The notes beneath the pieces were generated by a model that searched no databases, had not been told where the DNA came from, and worked only from the letters and a program-made list of their open reading frames with translations. Of a stretch of DNA of 64,000 bases, positions 53,456 to 64,000 are shown in pieces (the stretch's first letter is position 1; each line of letters starts with the position of its first letter). A program made the position numbers and the translations under genes. Source of the DNA: Ruditapes philippinarum (taxonomy: Eukaryota); assembly GCF_026571515.1 (NCBI RefSeq), contig NW_026854272.1, positions 124,001-188,000 on the forward strand. Reading direction: 5' to 3'.

Positions 53456-55291
53456 CTAAGTTAGTCAATCAGTCGGTCAGTTAGTATGCATTTGTATGAT
53501 ACTGTGTATTTGTAGGTTACATTATTGTTGCTTCTGGCCATTTTACAGGTACCATAATAGTAATACAGATAACAACAGTAAATGGCTGATTCCAACACCT
53601 GATAAAATACTAGGGTAACATTAATATAAACATGAAAACAAAATCTCTTTGTCAAGGAGATGCGGGGTTTACAGTTAGAAAATGATGTATTCTGTAATTA
53701 CGTCTAAAATCATTATAATTAACATAACTCTTTTTGCAAGATTTTCAGTAATTTTGAAAGTATGCAAATTTATATATAATTTTGTTTAAATGTTAATTCT
53801 AATCTCAAATTTTATCTCCAGATATGTAAATGAGGGATAGAAAAAGTTATATAAGAAGGTATAAAGCAGAAAAAAGTTTTGGGATATAAATTCATAATTT
53901 TCATATTCACATTTTTTGAAGCCATTTTATTAAAAAAAGAAAAAAAATGAAGAAGCTACAATTTAACAATATGTTTTTCTAAAGAATGACAGTTATATTT
54001 CAGAACTTGTGACTGGTTAATACAAATTTAACATAACATGATTTGCAAAAAAAAAAAGTAAAATGGTGGACTACATGTAACCCCCATCTTCTATGAAAAA
54101 CAAAAATGTTTAATAATGAATTCTGCAAAATTTTTTTTTATAAAAATACAATTATTTCTGGCACATTGCATTTTAATGAGAACTTGTAAAAATCATTTTA
54201 AGAGATTAACAGGTTTTAATCAAATTAATCAGATGCTATGATTAATTCACGCAGTATAAAACAATGACTCAAAACAAGATGGCATACGACAAAATCATGC
54301 ATTTGTATTTTCTATTGGCTGTAAAACTGTACTTAGAGATTTATAGAGCTTTTTTCTTTAACTTTATAAAAAGATAATATATGAAACATGTGTGCCTGGA
54401 AACAAATGCATGAAGCATGAATACTGACCACACAGTTGGACAAAAACTGACCATACTCAAATATAACAAATGATATTCATCAAACATTACACTATTAATT
54501 ACTTTCTTCATTTCTTCATTGAATTGACAAGAAGTCCCGCAAAGTTTGCTGTCTTGATCGTTAATTCTTTAACTTTGCTGCATGGCGTGCACGATTGTTT
54601 CTAAGGGACAGCATCTGGACTGGCTATTTACTGCCCGCATAGTTTATATTAATTCACTCATTAGGGCTTCTATTTGCATTCTTTAACATCAAAGAATGCA
54701 ATCTCGCAGCTCTTCAGAAATTGGAAACAAGAAATGGTCAAAGATTTACGAGAAATGCGACAATCATTGCCAAAATTAAGTCAATTGTATGCATACAGCT
54801 TCGGCCACAACCCTTCATTTTAATAATAATTTACACTTGCGGCTTAGTAATGGTCCAAATAAAAACATTATCGTATTGTGATGTGTGGGCATAGTGTTGC
54901 ACAGATGATTTTTCACGATTTACGGCAAAACTGACAAGAAACGAGCTTTTATATTTCAGATCTGCATCTGCATTATAATGCATACATCATCATAATGTTT
55001 ATAATTCAGACACTTAGAAAGAAAATAAGCTACACATGTTAACCTATAATAGCCTTGATGAGACCGATACCTGTTATTATATATTCAAATAGTAGACATT
55101 CTCAAAGATGTACGAGGGCTAAAAAGAGCCAATTTAAATAAAAAATGCATAAAAAATGCCTATTTACACGATAATATCTCATGGGGGACTGATAAAAAAT
55201 AAAATACAATATCAGATGTATCATAATAAGGCTTTTGAAGAAAATTTCATTGAAGTTTATGAACAAAATAAAATGTGATACTGTGCCTCTA

Positions 55292-56148
55292 GAATCCCGG
55301 ACAATCGCCCTCCCGGACGATTCCCCTTCCATATTATTTTCACAACCCGGACATTTCCCCTCCCGTTATTTTGGCAGAGCGGACAATTCCCCTCCCATTA
55401 ATTTAACAGAGCGGACGTTTCCCCTCCCGTGAGTTTAACAGAGCGGACAATTCCCCTCCCGTTTTTCACAGAGCAGAACGTGACATTATACGACCCTTAA
55501 TCATAGCCGCCACTGCGTATAAAATATCTATAACCATTCATATTAAAGATCTTAACAACAACTGTTAAAGATCGGAACTTTTAACAATCATTACTTCACA
55601 AAGGTGACATTATACCGCCTTTAATCATTGCCGCCGCTGCTTAAGATAAACAACTGTCAATAAAAAATCTTTAATCATTGCCGCCCTTAATTAACTGCGT
55701 CCTTAATTTTTGCTTTTTTGTTCTCATCAATTGTTCTTTTATTGTTTTGCCGCTGCAAAAATGTATTGACGAAATAAAGATTATTTAAAAAAATGCGTTT
55801 TGTTTTGTTTATATTCATGTATGAAAATTGGGGTTATACCATTCGCTCGTCCGCCCTAGAGACAAGCAAAATGTATTTAAAGCCGATTAAAAATACCTTT
55901 CAAATAAACAATATTATATAATATATATATTCAACAGCCACGGGAGGTAAATTGTCCGCTCTGACAACAGCGGGATGGGAAATGTCCGGGTTGTTAAAAG
56001 AACGGGAGGGGAATTGTCCGGGTTGATAAAAGAACGGGAGGGGAATTGTCCGCCGTAAAAAAATAACGGGAGGGGAAATGTCCGGGTTGTGAAAAAACAT
56101 TCAAGTTTACTGGGAGGGGGATCGTCCGGGAGGGGAATTGTCCGTACC
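55292..56148. mobile_element. Non-autonomous Mutator/foldback-type DNA transposon, 857 bp
   Basis: Exact 9-bp TSD GTGCCTCTA (55283-91, 56149-57). Long inverted arms built from ~31-bp repeats of CGGACAATTCCCCTCCCG. Internal ttaatcattgccgcc repeats; no transposase. Confidence 0.9.
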
Positions 56149-59100
56149 GTGCCTCTACCATAAGTTAGTATATGAAAAAAAAGAAGATTTTTGTGAAATA
56201 CTGGGTCGATTACATTCTCATATCAAAAAGTAGTAATAGAAGATACTATTGCGAGCACTTAGTATAAAATGTCAAACAAACCTGCACGAAAATTACTAAT
56301 ACGTCAACAATTTAAAATCCTTCACTTGTTTCGATATTGCGTCTGCTAATCAGTTATCTGCGATGCAACTTCCTGTTCCTGGAAATAGAAAATGACAAAC
56401 TTAGAGATATTGCAGACGGTCATTAAAATGCTCGATTTAACTTCAAGGAAGTCTAACGCCTTTGCACGCGAAACTGTTTTCCATCAAAGGTAGGAGATTA
56501 ATGCGTCTTTTTTAATGTAGAACACAAAATATAAATGTTACATAATGATTCATAATGTCTTTGCTTTGAAGATTTATATATCTGAGGCATTTTATTACAT
56601 CAACAACCGATCTTAAATAAATTTTTTTTTGAAAATTTACAATTCAATTATTAACAGATAATGTTATTCTACTCAACAACTGAAGATGTAAAATATTGAA
56701 ATCAAACTAAACAATCCTTTTAAAATGTGAAGATATAGCGTGCTGAAAAAATCCCTAGAACTTCATATTCACATATTTACGAAATTTTTCTAAAAAATAA
56801 TTTAAAATTATAAAACAGTCGTACCCGGCCCTCTTAAAGATTTTATCAAAATCAAGTATATAATCTTATAATTCCACAACACATACTCATATTTTCACTG
56901 AAACTCTTGAAAACTATCTAAGTACAGTAACAAATCCATGTACAAAATAGTCCCCACCTGGGTATATTCAATTCAATTTAGTTCTTCAATATTAATCCAA
57001 CAGAAATTTTAGAACCATTCAAATGAAGCAACTTCCTGCGGTTGATGTAACAACCAGTCTAATGTCAACAGACGACCAGTCAAGTGTTGTTTACAAATGG
57101 ATAAACCTCAAATGTGTCAAGAAGCATTCAATGTGAGAAGATTTTTTATTTCACTGTTTGTCCATCGTCTTTCAAGCAGAGGTCAATATTTACGATGGGC
57201 TTTACTCTAACAAGAAAACATTATTTCAAATTTGCTACACAATTTAGATTGAAACTTCAACTAAAATCTGCAAATGTTTCACTTTACCAACATATTGGCA
57301 AAGCAAACACCGCAATATCACTTAATTGTTTTCTAAAATGATAAAATAAACAAAGATACAAGCATGAAGATTTATGGAAGATTATAAAAATATCAAAGCA
57401 GACGGTCAAGAGCATTTTCAAGCAGAGGAAACAAACACAGACTGGTTACAAAATAAATAAACCCAAAGTACCTGAAATTAAGAAACAAGTATTTGATTTC
57501 CTTTGGGACTTTTATTTCATTAACCTGTACCTCAGACTTTGGATGATGAATGTGATATAACAAAAATAAGGATAGATATTATTTCAGAAGATTGAAAATA
57601 CTAATTGGAAACCCTGACAGAGTGCAGTGTCATAGAAACAAAACAAAAATAATTAGACGAGGTTATTTATAACTTAGCGATGCTTATACTGATTGAAAAT
57701 CTCCATATATGGTAATATTTACTTTTCTGTATCATACTGCTCTTTTATTGTGCAGCCTCAACATTTGCAGACGACACTTAAATATCAAATTGAAAGTTAA
57801 TGTAACAATCTAAAATTGTATGTATCAAATAACAGTTACACAAACTTTCATATATATTGTTTTACAAAAGATATAAAAGACTTTAGGGTACAAAATTACA
57901 GTTATATGACCTAGTATAAACAGTTGCAATGTATGTTTTTTATATATGTTATTTATAATAACGTTTTATTTCCAATCCATCAATATGTTGTTTTTTTCCC
58001 CCATTTGTTCTGCACAAAGGATCAAAGAATTAAAGTAATGAATGTTTCTTACCAACAGTAAAACCAAAAAAAATTAACTCTGCGCTACCAGTCTGTCTCA
58101 TATCAAAGGTTTCCAGCAAATTAAATTCATATTCAAAACGCAGTTAACCAGACAAAAGCCACGGAAATAGAATTATCGCCAACAGTCCGATATCAAACAG
58201 TCCGATGAACTGGTCACAATTAATTCAATTAACAGCTCTTCAAATATTAATCCATTAATCAAGGATAATACAATAAGAATTTTCAAAAATCTATATTAAT
58301 TCAAATAATCTCCATTGTACCAAAAAGCGAAATTCTATATCATATTTATGATCTACAAAATTAATTGAAAACCAGATAATCGTGCAAAAGTAAGATACCG
58401 ACATTTGAAACGGCTAAGTCATTGCCTTTCGCATGACTCTGGAATGAAAAATTGGTAAATTAAAAATTCATGAAAATTTCCAGAATTGCATTTAAATCAC
58501 CTACTTTTAGTCAATCTACATTTATCACAATCTCATTAAGTTCCATTCAAAATATCCATTCACAGAAATAGCTAATTTACTGACCACTGGTCAAGACACA
58601 TGAATGACAATGACAGTGCGTAACATTGACATCCTGTCAAATACTTCAAGAAAAATATTCCTCCGCCACAGAAATTTTTATTCCAAATTATTTGACATCC
58701 TACCACTAGAGACATAATTGTGACATTCTGAAATTGGCAAACTGACCAATTAAAACCAATCAGACCAGTTATCTATTGATACTCTATTTAGTGATCACAG
58801 CTAGGGGTTAATGACTCCAGACAATTTTATTGGTGTTTTATGACCTATGTTGTTCAATATTACAGGTGTTGGGGACCGGACCTTACACCGATTGATTCCA
58901 TAAAACACTATTTTGTGTTAATTGCTTTGACTGATCAACTCAAAGTAACTTTTAAACTTATTTTTCAACAAAAAGTATGTCACAATTTGAATTCAAACAA
59001 AAGCAGCAGTTGAATACTAAACATAGTAACAACTTCTTTAAATCTCTAATCAAAATTTTCCAAAAGAAAGAAAAAATGAGGCACAAACCATTTATTACAA

Positions 59101-62100
59101 ATTATACATAAAGTTTCTCTTTAAAATTTTAATTACAAATTTAGAGAATTTTTGCATGTACCCATAATCCTGAAATGTTCATACAAAAAAAAAAAATTAA
59201 CTTACTGTTGTTGTTTTTTTAACAAAAAATAATTAAAATATTTAATAAGTCCAGCGTTTAATCACAGCAATACCAATTTGCTCCCTGCAGACAAGTTTTT
59301 AAATTCACTTTAAAAGTGAATAACTTTCTCTATTTTCCTCGCAAAGATTTCAATGGTCACTGCGGACTGTAATCATCTATTGAAAATCATCAAAGTTGAC
59401 CAGTGGGCGAAAATATAATTACAATATTTAATAATAGGCTGGACAAATTTTTATACGATATTGTTCAATATTCAATACAGAAAGGCAAAATATTTTATGT
59501 GTCTGGCAACACTAAAAATTTGTGCATTTACGGTATTTTACGGGGCGCTGAACATTGTAATGTGTTGATATTAGTACAAAATTCGGAAGGCAATAAAACT
59601 AATGAGGCAGTGTGGGAGAAATTGATTTGTTCGCGTTTTGTTTTATTGATGAATATTAAGATGTCAGAAAAATATTTACAAATATTTTAATAGTTTGTTT
59701 ATAAATTGACTCAGGTTAATATGTAGATCAAGTCAATATGCCCTTGAGGTTAAAACAGATGAACGAGGGGGCGAAAATTCTATAGAGTATATTGAATGAG
59801 TGTAGATTTAATACTAAATTTAGTGAACAAGTTAAATAAAATCATATTACGCAAGCCTCCGGTTAGCATAATATTGTTTTATTCCAAGTGTACAATAAAT
59901 TTAGTATTATTTCTATGCGAAAATGATATTCTATTTATCACATATCCAAAATAAGTATAGTAGAGTTAAATCAGTAATTTTTCATTTATGCGCCTATAGC
60001 GTAACACTAATGTTAGAGCAGTCTTTAACACTGTTTGTATATTAACGCAAATGACGTCACACCAAAACGTTATTACACTAATGTAATATTATTTTTATCA
60101 AATGGCTTAGCTTAATAGTTGTGCCGCGGTTTCTGCAATAAAAGTTCTTATACATACATGTTCTTGTGCTATAATACTAAGACTACATAAACAGTAAAAC
60201 TTCAAACAATTTGTTGCTCAAAACCAAAAACCAGTAAGTTACATACATATTTGCTATGAAATCTGTCCTATTCTTTGATCATTAGCAAAGAAAGTACCTA
60301 TAGGTATGCCACTAGTATATTAATTTTGGAGTCAAGGAAAAATACAATTTTAGGGATTTTACAAACTAATACATTTTAATTTTTTACAATTCTTTTAACC
60401 CCTTTTCCCCTTTAATTTCTTAAAAGACTTGTCCATCTTTTTTAAATTTGGGCAAAACCATTAATATTTTTGGGAAAATTTTTAAAATTGGGGGAACCAA
60501 AAGTAAATGTAGAGACCTAATCACATTTAAACACAACAAGGGCCAAAACTTGAGTCGCACCTGCCCATGGGGTTGAACTTTGCTGCAAGCAGGAAAAGTT
60601 AAGCTTTTAATAATTTTTTTAAAACCCCATTTTAACAATTTTAAAATTTTAAATTTGAAACACTAGGTGAGCCACATAAGACTAATGAGCGATCAGAGAT
60701 TTATGGTTATCAGTGTATTCAATGGCAATATCTTTTTCTTTATTTAATTGATCATTTTAAAATGTATCATTTTATTCCTATATGTTTTGGGCTTTTTTTC
60801 ATATACTAAACATATGGTTTTGAGACAAATCACACCCACCCTTCAAATTTCTTAACATCAAAATGTAAACTAAACTTTATATTTATACCATTCAGAATAC
60901 CATTTCCCCCACTACAAACAGATGTTTAAAGTATAATGACTGTATTAAAAAACTTATTTTTAAAAACACAAATTAAAGACAATTTCATGCCTCTACTGTT
61001 TAATGGCAAGAAGTTAATAAAATATTTGCCAAAAAAGCGGGTAATTTTCATACCTCATTATTACCATGGTTATGATACCAATCATACAAATTACATAAAT
61101 TGTTGTAAAAAAAACATTCTTATGACTGCAGTCACCAATTTAAGTTATTTTCCGAATTGTTACTTTAAATACTTTGTCTACAAAACTGTTTTATAGTCAT
61201 TAAGCTTTTACAGTAAATTTGTGACTTTTGATAAATATATTATTAACAAAACTGCTTTATATTGGAATTCAGAAAGAAATAACCAATAAACTAAGATAGA
61301 TTCAATCAATTCTTCATTTGAGTTGCTTAGTAACAGATTTAAATCTTGTGGAAAAGCATTTTATATCAAGTGATTTCCAGTCTTTATTATTATTTCTTAA
61401 AGGAGATCCTCGTAATATGGCCTTTCAAAGTGAATTTATGAACTAAGATGAATAGAATTATTATTCTAAATTTCTGGAGGCACTGCTCAGCAAAGCAATT
61501 TAAAATCTTTGTTAATGAATTAATAAAATCAAAAGACGCTCAGTCTCTGATATCTTCATGTTTCATCTTTCTTCAGGTATATCAAAGATTGAAACTTTCT
61601 GATTGAAAATTTGTTAGGTTGACAAAAATCTTTTACAGTCAAATTCAAAATGTTATTATTTTTTTGTTTTATATCTAAAACATTCATTTCACTAACAAGA
61701 TGCAAAAAATATAAAAATTAAACTATGAATGTAAGAAACACATAATATGCATAATAAAGAATAAAGATTGTAAAAAAAGCATAAAATTGGCAAAAAAGAA
61801 CAGAAAAAATTCATAATCTTACATGTTCTAAATTAAGTCCAAAATGTCTGGATGTTAACTTCATATAATGAATCACTTCCAAGAAAACCACATTCACTAT
61901 AAATCCCAAAATAATTTTTCTTTTACTTTTTTTGACTATCAAAGAGATTTCCACTCTTTATTAGTACACAAAATCTATTAACAACAATAATTGCGTTCAC
62001 AAATTTACAACTTTATATATAGAAAGCAACAGACGACTGTCACTTGTTATTTTTTATCAGATCTTAATCCATTTAAACAAGAAATTATTATCTAATCATC

Positions 62101-64000
62101 TACATCTGAAATCCACTGTGTCTGTCTCTTCCTTTTTTTTCTTAGTCTACCAAAATAAAAGTATATTCAGTTTAATTGGTCAGAGGCTATTCTACGAGAC
62201 AAAAGAACGAAGGTATCTACGTGCAATCAAGCATCTATCCGATCATGATTACCCCAGGAGCTGTCAACGGGTCCCGTAGACTGCGTTAAGTAATTGTCCC
62301 TTACAGCCATATTTGAGACAATTATAAATCACAACCAGTCAATTTGACACGGTGGACCGGTCTCGGACATTGTAAATTGTCACCCATAGACTAGATGAAC
62401 ACAACAACTAACATGACCAAAACAAATATCGGTGGTCATCTACGGTCAATCTGATTTTGTCTATGATTAATGAGTCACAAAATCTCGACTGTCAAAATGT
62501 TTATATCATCTTTAAAATAATGTTTTTCAAAATAATGACCCAATCAACATGATCATTGAAAGTCATTAATTATGTCATCTGTAGTTATCTTAGACAATAT
62601 TTGGGTAAATTGAGACGAGATTTTGAGAAAAGATTTTAAAAAAACTGACATTATGGAGGAGACTGATAAAGTTGATAATGTGTTAATATCAATAAAAATT
62701 TAAGTCTACGGTGTGAAGTATTATCATATTAGGCATCATGATAAAATCTCCATTTTTCATGCACTTTGGAGTTGTTGTTTTTTTACTCCTCTATAAACAA
62801 ATTTGTCTGCTGCATTGTTAAATTACCATCATCCAGTACCCTGTTTTACCAGGAATATCTTTTTCTGGACTTATTACAGATTTGTGACTTTATTTGTGAC
62901 AACTAACATTAAAGCATCAAATTGTTGTTTTTAAAATTATGGAAACCATTTTTGACTTAAATACATCCTTTACTTATATAAAGCATACTCAATATATTTC
63001 TTTTACTTATAGTAAAACACAACTTATTACCGTAACTAATTTTATTGCTTTCACTGTCTATATTACTAAGCTTTAGTAAAATATAAAAGTTGGATCTCCA
63101 TGGTGACATAGTGTGGTTGCTCACTTCATTCATGATACATGTAATATATTCCTGAATAAGATGAATATTTCTCATGTGAAGAAGTTGTTTTCACCATGAA
63201 AAGAAAGTTCTGTGTTCCTCAGTATATAACCTTCAATATCTCAAATTTACAATGTCAAGGTTATATTCGTATGTGACTTTAAAGCTTTGTTTGTGGAGGA
63301 AAACATCAGATGTGTGTGATGGTCCTCAGCACCCAAAAACCAAACAACAAATCTTCAGCAGTAAGCTTGTTCAGGAGTGATTCATTACATGAAACAGTTT
63401 TAAATCTTAATGGGATTCAAACCTACATCAGTGAGGGGCATAAATTGTAAATTTATAGAACAAAAAGACTGAATATATATTATTTCTGTCATTTTAGTAT
63501 ATATCATAATGAAGAGAGTAAGGTATTTTGGTTTATATGAGATACACAAATCTCATGCTGGACTATCACATGTCAATCATCTTCTTAATTAGGGTACACA
63601 GAGACAGCTCCTGTCCTTACTGTAACATCTTACTATAAATAACATTTGTCACACTAGTTTTACTACGTAAAAAAAGCAAAAAAACATTATCTATGGCCTT
63701 AGAACATTGCCTTATATGGCCTGCAGACTTTAAATGAATTGAAGAGTGACTTAGTAACAATGACTTGTCCAGCCCATAGATTTCAGGAGCTTTATTTCAG
63801 TTAGATCAATAATTTTGAAAATATAACTTTCTCAGTTCTATTTTATTGATGGCTCTTCTTATTTATTTAACACAAATCTTAATATAACTTTTTTTATACC
63901 GGCAAAATAGTCCTACGTTGAAACTAGCTGTAACAAAAATATCAGTCTAAAGAATATCAAAAGATAAGCAGTGTTAATCTCGTCTGTTAAAATAATCCCC

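Noticed and set aside
55102-56100. ORFs with repeated PGHFPS/RTIPLP peptides
   Set aside because: Arise from the subterminal repeats of the foldback element.

Overview
AT-rich, repeat-laden eukaryotic DNA. The repeat families (Meta-like and V-like tRNA-SINEs, Helentron-type elements carrying ~165-bp satellite arrays, TTAA MITEs) suggest a bivalve mollusc; this is pattern recognition, not a database result. The only clear protein-coding gene is a minus-strand 7-cadherin-repeat (delta1-like) protocadherin. One large exon encodes signal peptide, EC1-7, TM and the juxtamembrane tail (33474-30773); two cytoplasmic exons follow (30161-29933, 28926-28499), with correct splice phases. As assembled, the gene has a frameshift in EC3 near 32477, apparently a ~7-nt deletion in DGGD(RPL)ISQV. 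It is therefore a null/truncated allele, a young pseudogene or an assembly error. A phase-compatible alternative terminal exon lies at 27383-27304. A possible multi-exon minus-strand transcript with only short ORFs lies at ~13.1-3.6 kb. The ~30 kb upstream of the protocadherin has no credible CDS but carries candidate promoter/enhancer motifs and several transposons: a MULE/foldback-type element with 9-bp TSD, a hAT-like MITE, and a Helentron-type element with a dimeric higher-order repeat. Most ORFs in the supplied track are spurious. I found no convincing novel multi-gene system; the best leads are the protocadherin lesion and isoform architecture and the satellite-in-transposon array.
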